DNA of 62,982 nucleotides, counting the filler, from Octopus bimaculoides (Eukaryota): NCBI RefSeq assembly GCF_001194135.2. It is 4 parts of 4 records of this genome, joined end to end, with 100 filler letters (N's around TTAATTAATTAA, not from the genome) between each part and the next. Parts side by side here need not be neighbours in the genome. Positions count along the whole stretch, not along the records: positions 21,752 to 48,760 come from NC_068984.1; positions 48,861 to 57,950 come from NC_068986.1; 2 more parts are not named here. One strand, given 5' to 3'. Under the pieces are notes generated by a model, which made no database searches, was not told where the DNA came from, and saw only the letters and a program-made list of their open reading frames with translations. Shown here one piece after another: positions 36,271 through 49,682 of this stretch. The position numbers and the translations under genes were made by a program. Position 1 is the first letter of the stretch, and every line of letters starts with the position of its first letter.

Positions 36271-39164
36271 TTTGTGTTGGTCAATGTGACAATCACAAAT
36301 TAAACACTTTCTTTCCAAGCACTGTTGTAAATAGCAGAAGTGAGCTAGAATGTTAAAACTTAGTGTGCATCCACAGCAGAGTTAAAGGTCAATCTGTGCC
36401 AAGCGGCTTTTCTTTGGGTGCTTTAGCTTCGTTACTATGGAAACAGTCCGGATACTTATTGATCGTAAGTGTAAAGAATAATTGTGTTCAATGGTATCAA
36501 ATCAGGATATCCTTTTTATGATGCAATCTTTTGAAATATTTCAACATCAGAATCATCTCAGTAATGAATTTGTATGACCATTGCTTGTTAATGAGCTGCA
36601 AAATTTGCCAGATTTACTACATTTTTTGTAGATATCTTATTTGCTAGATTTACTACATTTTTCGTGGATATCTTATTGGTTATAATGCAATGCAGAATCA
36701 TTAAAATTGGTATTATTCACATGTGCATTTCTGACCACAAATAGAGTCCTGTTTTTTCTTTCTTTTACATAATACACAGAAATATATTGTTTCAGGTGAT
36801 GTTTATCTATTATTAGCTTGCTTTGTTTGTGAAATTTTCAATGGTTAACAAAACAGACTACTGGACTTAGGTAGGATTTTCTAAAGTGGTTTGCTAACTG
36901 CAAAAAGAAAGAGAGTGTAACACAGCAACGATATGGTAGAACCAGCTGAGAGAATGGCTAGAACCAAGAGAGAGATATAATGCTCAGCAAACTGCAAAAC
37001 AAAATTTTCAAGCAGGTTAGCATCTTTGATGTAGTACTTGATGAAATTTTATATAATTCAAACGACACATTTAATGTTGACAACAGTAATTTTCTGCATT
37101 AATAATTCTAAATTACTATTAGTGAAGTGGTCTACCATACATATTTTTGTAAAAGGTATATAGAAGTGAGTGAATCTATCTCTTTGGCATATGTTGATAA
37201 CACCTGACATGCTTCAGTCTTACTAGATCTCCTCAGCTAAATATAGACAGGATGAGCCTGGTGTTGCCATCCGGTTTCACCAGTCCTCAGTCAAATCGTC
37301 CAGCCCATGCTAGCATGGAAAGCGGACGTTAAACGATGATGATTCAAACTCTTACTATGACAAAAGAATATAAGATTTATTTTGAATGAGTGCAAAACTT
37401 ATTTCATGGTTGAAGAAAGTTTCAGCTCATGCTTTGCAGGTAACTATAGATATCAGAAATGGAAAAAGTGTGTTATAATATGAGCTAAAAGGATTCAGAC
37501 ATTTCCTGTAGTTACCATGCTGCTCTTTTCCATTGGAGTATACTTTGTGGTTGGAAGGTGATGAAATTAGGAGTTACTGTTAGTATTTGATGGTGGGAAT
37601 GTTTTTCCTTTTGTATTAGTGTTACATAAACTTATGTTTAGAGACATGCTCTCATGATTCTACATCTGAAGTTTCTTAAGCAAGGCGTAGGCCTGAGTAA
37701 GGTTTTGTTTATGAAATAATCCTTTCTACTGTAGGCACAAGGCCTGAAATGTGTGAGGGAGGGTACTAGTCGATTACATCAACTCCAGTGTTTCACTGGT
37801 ATTTACTTTATCAATCCTGAAAGGATGAAAGGCAAAGTCGACCTCAGTGGAATTTGAACTCAGCACACAGAGATTGGCAAAGCACTGCTAAGCATTTCGT
37901 CCAGCATGCAAATGATTCTGCCAGCTTGCAGCCTTTGCTTATGAAATAATAATAGCAATTGCTAAGATGCTCTTCACCACTTCATCAGTATTGGCCAGAT
38001 GAGAAGCAGGACTAATAAAGCTTGATACTTGTCATTACAGTCATTAGAGTCAGGGCCTAAACCACCAGGAGGGGCACTGTGTCAGTCATGACAAGTGTTT
38101 CATTTGATACAATCAATGGAAAAACCTACTAACAAAATTAATGAGCAATTGGCTGAGCACTCCACAGACATGTCTAACTTTAACATAGTTTTCGGGGAGA
38201 TTCAACGTGTGGCACAATGTGATGAGACTGACCCAATAAACTACAGGTACAACTCGTTTTTGCCAGCTGAGTTAACTGGAGCAATATGAAATAAAATGTC
38301 TTGTTCAAGGACACAATACACTGTTGGGAATTGAACACATGACACTACGATTATGAGCCAAATGCACTAACCACTAGGCCACATGCCTTCACTAAGCTGA
38401 ATACATAAACCACTAATTCACACCCAAACCACTGAACTGATAGCATAAGATATTTTATTTCACCACCAAATAATTCAATTAGTTAACCACTCTGCACTGG
38501 ATTTTATTTACCATCTACAAAAAACTGAAAGGCAATTTGACATTGGCAGGATTTAAAAGGGAACCAGAACAACATCTGCAAGGCTTCTAACTTGTTAATG
38601 ACTCTACCAATATTCCACTCAAAATATCTGTAAAATAATCTATTCCAACCTAACTGCCTATGTCATGCATGCATACATACATACATACAAAAACACACAA
38701 ACATACAAAAACACACAAACATACATATATACATTAATACATTCATACATGCAGGCATACATACATAAGTACAAAAACACACATACATACACACATATAC
38801 ATATATACATTCATACATTCATACATACATACACACACACATATATATACATACATAGTAAATAAACTTACCTCTTATATCATACTTGATTTTCCATTCC
38901 AGCATCTACCAAATTAATTTGATAGCCATGAAATGGGTAAAACAAAGCTTTAATTTAGCAAAGTACCCAGCAGCTTATTCAATTTTAGTGTATGTTTGCA
39001 TTCCAGCATGTTGAACACAAACAAAATATCGCAGAAACTAAAAGCAACTGAAGTGTAACAAATATGATGAGAGACAATTACACATGTTTCTATGGGTAAA
39101 TTATATTTCAGTAATTCTCTTTCTCTCTTTCATATATATACATACATATACATATGTGTGTGCG

Positions 39165-39211
<47 letters not shown>

Positions 39212-40060
39212 GTTACAGCTTTTATGAATGTGTTGTATTTTGAAGCAAATTTGTATGCTTTTGTGTTTTTTTTATTTGTATTTGTGTGTTCAATATATAT
39301 GAATCAGAATCCTATTTCACTTTAATCTATCAACCTCTAGTATATAATAATTTGGTTCACTAGAAGAAAACGAAAAATGTCTTTGTTCCACTTGATCAGT
39401 TTTTAAACTCTATATTTTCTGACAAGTCCATTAGATTATTGAAGTTATTAAAACTCTTTTCTGAGACAGATTAGAAACATTACATGACACCTAAATGCTG
39501 CATTGTCACTGTAGTTGCCTCAAGAGTTTACTATTTTTTGCTATTTTTTCATTGCAATTATATTTATTTTTTCTTCAGAATATTACTATATGCAATACTT
39601 TTAATATGGAATTGAATAGCTGTAATCTGTTAAAATATGACCAATCAATAAATCAATAGAACAAACAAAAATTCTCAGTGTATAAAAGTGAACATAATTA
39701 TATATTTCTTTCAAGAAATTCAGTTTTAAGAATACAATTTCCAATGAAGTTATTAGAAATAATTGATCTTAAAAGAATAACCTATTTAGTGGAGGAAAGT
39801 CAACATAGGAATATTACCAAATCTGGGAGTAATTAGCAAGTAATAAGTTGGAGCAATGATAATGGGGGAAAAAAGTAGCTAAAATTATGATGAATTAAAG
39901 AATGAAAATAAAATGATAATTCTAATAATTAGGTATAAAAATAATTTCAAATAATTTATATTGTATAACAATCCAAATCAATATTTTCAATCTCTAATGC
40001 TATTCTACACTATGCCTTCCATCATCAGAGACTAATAATAATAATAATAATAATAATAAT

Positions 40061-40433
40061 GCCTGGTTGAAAACAAGGTATGAGATAAGGAAGAAAGAAA
40101 AGTTGAAAGATATGACAGGTTAGCTTGAGAAGTTCAGCAGTTGTGGTCGATGAAATAGTGGGCAGTAGTACCAATAATTGTCAGAGCCCTGGGAACAGTG
40201 AGCAAAAATCTTGAGAAGTATGTGGAACAAATAGGGACTGCAATAAGGGTGGAGCACTTGCAGAAAACAGCATTGCTTGGAACCGCTTGAATACTCTGGA
40301 AAGTGCTCGAAAAATAAGGGGTGCTACCTTATTTCACTGGTAGTGAACAACTGACACTGTAGTACATCTCCAGCATTAGAAGCTGTGCAAAGGCAACAAC
40401 AACAACAACAACAACAACAATAATAATAATAAT
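40061..40433 (+). mobile_element. 3' end of a REL-endonuclease non-LTR retrotransposon (R4/Dong/NeSL-like)
   Basis: KEERKVERYDRLA*EVQQLW...VVPIIVRALGTVSKNL...LQKTALLGTA*ILWKVL*; (AAT)n on the left and (AAC/AAT)n on the right. Confidence 0.8.
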
Positions 40434-40783
40434 AGAGCCCCCACTGTCCTGTTGCTGTACCAGGCAGAGGCTCTCATGGCTTCTGATCTTAATTAATTGG
40501 AAGTGTTATCATGTACATTGATTTTTCATAGTATAAAAGATGGGCTACAGTAAATATTCTGCTCAATACCACAGATTTGCTTGTCAGTTGCTTGACCTTA
40601 ACCAGTTGAGCATGTTTCTTAGTGGCTGACAATATGTGCTTCTCTGATCATGAGCAGAATTAGTGGGGGGAGAATCATAGCCATGTGTTGAGAGGAATTC
40701 TTTGGGATTTGAATAATTCACCTCTGGGCTTCGTATATTTTACCCCAGTGTCACTTTGATAGCATGCACTGCTCTCTCATTTG

Positions 40784-40825
<42 letters not shown>

Positions 40826-42839
40826 GTTTAAAATGTTAGTGCAAGGCAAGCAATTTTAGGGTGTTGGGTAGGTTAATTATATCAATCCAGCATTTGACTG
40901 GTACTTTGCTTTATCAAATATGGAAAGATGAAAATCAAAGTTGATCGTAGCAAGGTTTTAATTCAGAATGCACAAGACTGGATGAATAGAGCAAACATTT
41001 CTTTCAATACTCTAACAATTCCTTACCTCCAGTAGACATATACACTTTGGCATTTTCAAACCTTTACTTTTGTTCCTCTACCTTCTGTTTTCCTCATTTT
41101 TTCTCTTTTTTTCCATTCCTTTCCAGCTTCCATATACTTCCCCTTTATCATAAGTAGATGGCGTATTTTTACTAAGAGATGGATTTTAGCATCATTAGCT
41201 TCTTGGACAGAAGCCAAGGCAATCTCTACTACTATTACCATTGTTGGATTAGCAATGCCACTGGGACAGTAGGCTCCAAAGCATGCTGTTTTCATTGCTG
41301 CTAGGACCACTGCTGAGTTCTATTCTGATTTTCTAGTTCCCCAGAACGGAAAGACTTGATGTGACTTCTATTACCACCTGTATACACCTGTGTAACAGCT
41401 GAAACTTGCCTGCACAACAAGTCTTTTGGATTTTCTGTTTACATCGTCAAGTAGTACAACATCAGAATTCCTGTATGGTCTTTGAGATTCGTTGTGACTT
41501 GAAAATCCATCTAGGCCCATCCAATGACATGTTATTTCTCTTCCCTACAGGGATTAGCAGTAGTCCATACTGCAACAGAAATATAGAAAGGAAATAAAGG
41601 TCAATGCTGTTACCAATATATTTTACAGTAATCACTGAATCACGCCAACCCATGACTTGTGGTAGGAGCTTCAAGGCAGATGTATAATGCTCATATAGGG
41701 CTGCTTTATGTCATGCTTCCCTTTTTGTAAATTATGCACATGATTGCGCATCTTTCTTGGCTGACGTAGTATATGCCATTCTCTACATCAACAAAAGTTG
41801 CATGTACATGATATATGAAAAGACAGTTTGACTTTTGTGATGCAGAGATGAGTTATTTTCTGTTTTTTTTCCCTGCTGTTTGACACAAGACTGATGAATG
41901 GATACATCTCCTCTTGTCACACAGTTCGTACTACAGACTTTTATCAATGCTAGATGTCAGGTCAGTTAGTTTGAAGTACCTCCAGCAAAAGGAAGAACAA
42001 TGAAAACAGTTTACTAGTTTTTGAATTCAAAAATTCACATTCATACCATTGATTAAAGAAGTGCTATATATGTTATTATCACTGTTTATAGTATTATTAT
42101 TATTATTATTCATGCAGTTTTCAGTCAAGAATTCACTATTTTTCTGAATTATGTGTATTCTGTGGTGGAAGTATGTTTTCTTTTTTTCAGTCTAATGTCT
42201 TTAGAATGTTATTTATTTTCCAGATTTTGAAGAATACTTCTCAAATACTGTGACAGATTTATTGTGTAGGTGTGGCGGAAATGAAAAATTATTACTTCCA
42301 TCCTTAAAATTTTCCAATTCAAACAAGGAAAAATTTATGTAAACTATTGCAGACATATTATTTAAAAGTTGTGCATAAAAAAACACAGATTTTCCATAGT
42401 TTCACTTCGTAATAAGCTGTGGTACAGAACAGCTGGACACCATCGTCAACACCAGAATATAATTGTTTGTTAATTAGACAAAAGAGCAGCTCTATGTGGA
42501 AACGGTAAGTCAATACCATCAATCCTAGTATCTGCTAAGTACCTCATGGTATCAGCCCCCAGAGGAATAAAAGACAAAGAGGAGAGTGAGAAAATTTGAA
42601 CTCAGTAAGATAACAGTTGCAATAAATATTGAAATGCATGTGCTTCAGATCCTTGCATCATCATATATATTTTCAATATTTCAAAGGAATTACTATTAGG
42701 TAAGAAAATCATATATAAAACATTACAGAGTGTACAGATTTATGTTCTTTGTATATACTTATATACAGATATACACGCATGTATATATACATATATATGT
42801 AATAAACATACGTAAATACATAAACATATATATACATAA

Positions 42840-42876
<37 letters not shown>

Positions 42877-43067
42877 TATTACATCAACATTTTATATAGA
42901 GTTACCCAAGGTTTCGAACTTACGAAGTCAAAGCCTTGTGGAGAGTTCGTCAGACTCTATATGAATACAAAATTTTAAAAATATCTACGCTGCAAACGCT
43001 CAGAAATCGAGGAATACGAAAACGTTAATAAGTACGGATTATTTCTTCTTAATCAAAGGGGAAAAAA

Positions 43068-43760
43068 ACTTAATAGACTCAGAGACTTCTCTATGGCTGT
43101 TTAATGCGCCAGGCTTCTTTTAGTCCTTAAGAATTTTGGTTCTCTCCGCATAGATCTTGCAATGACCACTTCCATTGATATACGGGCCCAGATAATCAAT
43201 TAATTTCCACTTGACATCACACGGATACTTTGATCTTTGAGATGCCACACATGGCGGCATAGGAATGTGAAAAACCGTCTTTTGGGAACTCTGAACGATG
43301 ACTGGTGGTTAAGAAAATATTTCTGAACGAAGTACTTGCTGAACCATTATATTTATAAACATGGGATGTGGCCCTATTCGCACTCCTGGTAACATATGAT
43401 GCAGGGCCAGTCATCCCATCGGTGTAGAAGATGAATATTTAGTCATCTGAGGTGGCGAAACTGGGAGCACCAGATACCCCCTCCAAGTCGGATAGATCAT
43501 TATTTCTAGGTGCGGTGTTTGTACTGATCACTGTATCTACATCTAAGGCTTGTTTATAATCAGTGGCAGTGGTACCGGTGACGCTCTCTGCGATACTGTT
43601 CCTGACTTGGTTATTATCTCTGACCCTGGTAACTGTATTGGTATGATACCTGGTTAATCTGCTAATAATATTGCTCTTCAATGTTACATGACTGTTTTTA
43701 GGGATATTAGGCCTAGGTATCACCATAACCTCATAGATAACTCCTTCGGCTTGGAATCAT
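43068..43760 (-). mobile_element. Penelope-like GIY-YIG endonuclease remnant, distinct family
   Basis: EGVIYEVMV...YNGSASTSFR / NHQSSFR...LCRHVWHLKDQ / DVKWKLIDYLGPY..GSGHCKI...ALNSHRE, assembled across frameshifts. Confidence 0.65.
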
Positions 43761-43920
43761 CCTCCTACTAGACAGATATTCTATACCCTGAAAGAGCAAC
43801 CTGCCTCCTCCTTTGTATTGTGGATACTTGATAAAGTGTTTTTATGTTAGATTCACTACTAGAGGGTACTAGGGTACTCTTAGGTTGTGCCTGTTAAACA
43901 AATGCCTGTGTCTGTGTGTT

Positions 43921-46900
43921 TGTGAATGGTTTTCCTTTCTAATTTCCTCCTCTGTAATTTGTTACTTTCTAATTTGTTCCTCTCTCTCTCTCTCTCTGCC
44001 TCCCTTTTTAAAATATCATCAGTTTCTATTTCATATAAAAACGTGAAGCAAACTTACTGTAAACCACTTTTTGATAAATGCGATAATAATAAGGCAGTCA
44101 GAATGTTGGCTGATTATATATTTTTATTTACATTTTTAGCGCTTTCTTCCTTTATTGGTTTTATCAAAAAAGTGGTTTACAGTAAGTTTGCTTCACGTTT
44201 TTAAAAAGGGAGAGAGAGAGAGAGAGGGGGGGGGACAAATTAGAAAGTAGCAAATTAGAGAGGAGCAAATTAGAAAAGAAAACCATTCACAAAGACTATT
44301 CACATTAGAGAATAAAACAGAATTCTCCGTAGAGGAATGTAAGTATAGAAGATGTGGAATACACAACAACAATAACTTCAAATACATAGACGAGAACACT
44401 CACATAGAATTTAAGAGTGGGTTCTCGTTCAACATAAATGCAAATATGAACTGCAAGACACAAAATCTCATATACTGCATTACATGCCCCAAATGCAAAG
44501 AGAATTGACAAAACCAATAATTCCCTTTGGCAATGCACAAGAATCAACAGACAGCAAATCTGAAAGGAGGAACTACGGAAAATTCCACTGAGCAAACTTT
44601 TGGATATATGTGGAAAAGGAAAATTCAAGAACTTCCCCTTCTATAAATGCTCAAGGAGATACCCAAACGTCCGAAAGACAATGGAACTATATTTCATAAA
44701 AACGTTCTTACCAAAATAAAATGGCTGCAAAAAAGGAAAGAGCAAACATTTGGAAATACGTGGAGAAGGAAAATTCAAGGGCCAACCCAAGGGTCCAAAA
44801 GACAACGGAACTATATTTCATAATAAAAGTCCTCAGCAAAAATTAAACAGTTGAAAAAGCTACATCAATATACAGGGATGCTCCATCAAATCAAATATGA
44901 ATAAATCGAAGGTACAACACTATGCCAAGATAGTATACCCAACCAAAATTCCCAGAAAATATAAGCGGGAAGAAGTATTGCAAATATTATAATACACATG
45001 TTTAGCCCTCTCTAAACATAGCCAGTATGAAGCCAATATCACTGGAGAGAAGGTACATTTCAATGGACATTCCGACTTCTTCCACACCCTTATTCAAATT
45101 ATATTTATGATTCCTTATGATTTGTAGATTCTGATCCTTTGATTTAGATTGTATTTATAATTGTGTATATATTCACTTATGAAAGGTATATTTTCATTGA
45201 CAGTTAGATTTTTCCCCATCCCTCCTTTTTTAGACTCAGATCATATTTATAATTATTTTAAAAGAAATTTAGATCATATTTATAATTGAGAAACCCTTTC
45301 CCACACTTAAACTTTTTCAGATTGTATTTAAAATCATAACTATACTTACTCAAAAATTACTCTTTCAAAACCATAGCCATATATGGCTAAATAAAAAAAC
45401 AGCATTACGAATTTTGACAAAAAAAAAATTGACCATATCCATACAACCATTCTCTCCCCCTTACATTAATGAATGCAAAAGAATTAAAAAATAAGACCTT
45501 GAAATGTAATTATAATTCTTACTGGGGAAAATCAAAAACATCTGCTTTTCAAATTAAAAACTTTGAATACTTGAATACAAATATTTCGTTTCTTCACTAC
45601 CCAAAATATCACTAAGTAGAAAAATAAATAACATATTATGTCCTAATCAAACAAGCGTGACCACACTGATACAAAATCCATGCCACCTTTAGTTCCCCCT
45701 CCCTCTTAAACTTTTTTATTTCTTTACCCTTCTTTTGCAACCNNNNNNNNNNACCAAAAAAGAACAAGAGTACAATCCCAAAACACATTCCTACTTTTTC
45801 TGTATCTTCACTATATTTCACTCTCTCCTCCTTTTTCACTCCTGCACCTTCCTTTCTAATTTGTTCCTCTCTCTCTTCCTTCCCTGCCCTCTCTTTCTCT
45901 TTCCCTCTCTCTCTCTCCCTCTCTCTTTTTCTAAAACATCATCAGTATCAATTTTATATAAAATGATGAAGCAAATTTTAAACCACTTTTTGATAAATCC
46001 GATGATGAAAGAAAGCACTAAAATTGTAAATAAAAAAATATATAATCATCCAACAAGCTGACTATTTTATTGTTCTCAATATACATTATCTGTACATTAC
46101 TTCAAAGATTTTCTGCATATATATATATATAAAGAAACATTCGGATGGTCAACGCTTGGAGAGTGTTTTTAAACTGAGGAAAACAACTTGTGAAACTGAA
46201 AAAACCAATTCCCTACAACACTGGGAAAGACAAGCCAATTTCTTTATAAATTATTAAACACAGTTCAATGTAGAAAATCTAGACGTAATTCTCAAGGCAC
46301 CCTACATACAAATCAAAGGATCCATCCAAACCTCCAGACTAACCTAAACTTTTGGGAACCAATACCTACCAATCTACCCGCATCATCTCACAATCAATAG
46401 AAGAATTTACCTCCGAGACTTAACCATTAACATGGATACTTCAAGCATTCAACTAGACACAACCTAACAAGACAACATAACTTCTCTCTCCACCAACATT
46501 ACTATTTTAAAAATAAACTTAACCCAAACCACATCAACCATAGACAATATAACAACCCTCAGTACAACAGTAATCTAGTCCGCTACACAGTCACTTCAAA
46601 CAAACATACTACCACAGACACACTTTACACCCATTTTGTCCTCAGCAAACTAAACACAACAGAGACTTTCCACAACAATCCACCTACTACAACCATTTTT
46701 TAGACCTAAATCAGAGAAACAGATATGAAATGGAACAAAATGTACAAGAAAAACCGAAAATAATCAAATTATCAAAGAAAATCCTAAGTATTACACAAAG
46801 TAAAATTCTAGCAAGGGGTTTAAAGTTTATTCCAACCCCTCGAAGATCCAACCCGAATGTAATTAAGGAAAACACTATGGATTTCTGCTGAAAATTACAT

Positions 46901-47030
46901 CTCACAGAAGCACTTCACAACTACACCAGCAAAGAAAACGCAGTAATAAAAGAAACAAAAGTGAATACTATCCTACTACAAAAGGCAGAAATAAAACAGA
47001 GCCATGTGCTTTCACATATAAATATAAAGA
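43921..47030 (+). mobile_element. Penelope-like tandem locus: inverted terminal repeat, GIY-YIG 3' end, repeated terminus, then 5' ORF part
   Basis: Inverted repeat 43921-44291; NCKTQNLIYCITCPKCKE...RKIPLSK..CGKGKFKNFPFY...ELYFIKTFLPK at 44330-44720; partial direct repeat at 44748-44850; terminus copy at 45845-46075; KIIKLSKKILSITQSKILARGLKFIPTP...DFC*KLHL at 46750-46910. Confidence 0.7.
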
Positions 47031-47396
47031 TATATATATATATGTATGTATATAAATATATATATATACAAATATATATATATATATAGATATATATATG
47101 CATATATATACATATACATACATACATATATACACCCATATATACGTATATATATCCTATATACATATATACATACATATATATATATACATTTTATTTA
47201 TACATATATAGCCAATCTGTGGGGTGGTTGATGTTAAGAAGGGCATCCAATCTGAAAAACCATGCCAAAATAGACAGTGAAGCCTAGGGCAGTCTTCTGC
47301 TTTGCCAGCTGCTGTCAAACCGTCCAGCTCATGCCAGCATGGAAAACGGATTTTATATGATAATGATGATGATACATACATACATACAGACACACA

Positions 47397-47436
<40 letters not shown>

Positions 47437-47498
47437 TATATGCATATATAGGCATATATAATATATATATATGTATATATGCATATATCTATGTATAC

Positions 47499-47538
<40 letters not shown>

Positions 47539-47624
47539 ACACATATATATGCATATATAGGCATATATAATATATATATATATGTATATATGCATATATC
47601 TATGTAATCAGCTATTCTGATTAT

Positions 47625-47834
47625 ATGTCTGTGCACACGTTTGAATGTGGTGTGTGCCAGAGGGTTTGCAAATCCAATGGGGGTCTTAAAACACATGTTA
47701 GGATCCACAATGAGCAGAACTTACTTGCAGGTATTGGTAGTGCAAATCAGAGGTGCAATCTGTGTGGGTGTTTTTTCAAAACACTGTCTGGTTTAAAAAG
47801 CCACATCAGACGCCATGAAAGGGCTAAGGTGTAG
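47625..47834 (+). other. 69-codon ORF with two canonical C2H2 zinc fingers (LINE C-terminal remnant or ZNF exon)
   Basis: CGVC-x12-HVRIH and CNLC-x12-HIRRH, a 15-aa linker that is not TGEKP, GLKxH in both fingers. Confidence 0.6.
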
Positions 47835-48644
47835 GTGCAGGAGGTGGTCAAACTCTGTTTAAGGAGTAGACAACCACCATCTATGTATATATACATATAT
47901 ATATATATAAAAACAAATAGTAAATGAGTATATGCATATATACGTACAGGTATGTGCATACCGACATCCACCTGTATGTATAGGTGCATATTTGGGTACA
48001 GGACATTGCAAACAAAACGTAGACGAGAAAACACGCAAGCCACATAGAGAACGTTCTACTTCATCAGCTATATATAAATATATATATATACGTATATATA
48101 TGTATACATCTATATGTGTGTACCTATACATATACATACATGTATATATTTGTCAGAATGTGTTTCATGTGCTTCTTTTAGACAACCAAAAATAGAGAAG
48201 ATAAAAAAGTGAGGGATCCCTTACAATGGTTCATTAAATTTTTAACATTCTTCAAAATGTTTGAAGAGAATCTTAGGAGAGAATCATCATTAATGCACGT
48301 CTCTATTGGAGACTTTCATGTGACAAAAGATTCCGTGCAGAAATAGTAGGTGTGGTTATAGGAATAGGATTCGTGATATAGAAGGGCAATATAATATTGT
48401 TCCCCTATCTCTATCACACAATGCAACATGTCTATGACTTCATATAATTTAGATGAACTTATAATAAATCATACTGTGCTATTTCAGATATTGTTAAAGG
48501 AAAACAATGTTGCTATTTTTCGTGCACCATTCTTGCCAGTGATATAAATATATATCATGTGCACATAAATATATGTATATATGCATAAATACACATATAC
48601 ACGTGTGTGCGTAGGTATATAGATACATATGTATATGTGTATGT

Positions 48645-48676
<32 letters not shown>

Positions 48677-48717
48677 TACATATACATATATACATATATA
48701 TACATATATACACATAT

Positions 48718-48760
<43 letters not shown>

Positions 48761-48860
48761 NNNNNNNNNNNNNNNNNNNNNNNNNNNNNNNNNNNNNNNN
48801 NNNNTTAATTAATTAANNNNNNNNNNNNNNNNNNNNNNNNNNNNNNNNNNNNNNNNNNNN
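48761..48860. other. Artificial scaffold-joining spacer
   Basis: 44N-TTAATTAATTAA-44N. Confidence 0.95.
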
Positions 48861-49125
48861 ACAAATTGTGACACTAAGGACAGAGGTTACCGTGGTCTTT
48901 TCGTAGGTTTTTCTTTCCACGGATAACCTCCCCATTTATTGGGAATGTTCTGTATTATTTCGTATTTTTTGTAAATACCCCAAACGTTTTCCGATTTTTT
49001 TTTTCATCGTTGTCCCCACTTTTGTTTTTTTTTCTGCTTTGTTTTTCGCCCCCCTCGAAAAGAAAAACTCTACATTTGTTTTTTATCTCCTCTGTGTTGA
49101 GCCGTGTGTGGCTAATAAAGAAACA

Positions 49126-49191
<66 letters not shown>

Positions 49192-49646
49192 ATTGTATGT
49201 ATATATGTATACACACACATATCTAACAAAGGTTTTAGAAAAAGGTCTTAGTGTTATATCATTTGACAAGAGATATATTTTTAATTGAAAATAATGAATT
49301 ACATAGCAACATGATATTAAAAATGCAGAGTAACAGAATGGCAAAGGACATTCTCGTTTCTATCAAATTCACCATATATTTGAAAGAAAGGGAAAGAAAC
49401 TTCCTTTTCATAATATTTTGCTAACTAATTAAAATGAAGCTGTTACAAAATCTCCCTCTGCAATAACACGTGCATAAAACAATACTAGCATACGGATTAA
49501 CATTTAATACGTGGGTTTGAGAAGCAGAAAATTATGGGAAGCGCATAAATAAAAATCCTTTTCTCAAGATTTTTTTAGCTTGCTTTTTAAAGATTCTTTT
49601 AATTCTGTTAATAATATAGTTTATGAAAATCCATTTTGCATCATGA

Positions 49647-49682
<36 letters not shown>

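Noticed and set aside
41056-41950. 84-aa and 70-aa minus ORFs
   Set aside because: No convincing motif or splice sites; possibly a very old LINE, but not supportable.
47990-48070. Minus-strand CTGATGA with a long stem as a hammerhead
   Set aside because: The GAAA half of the core is absent.
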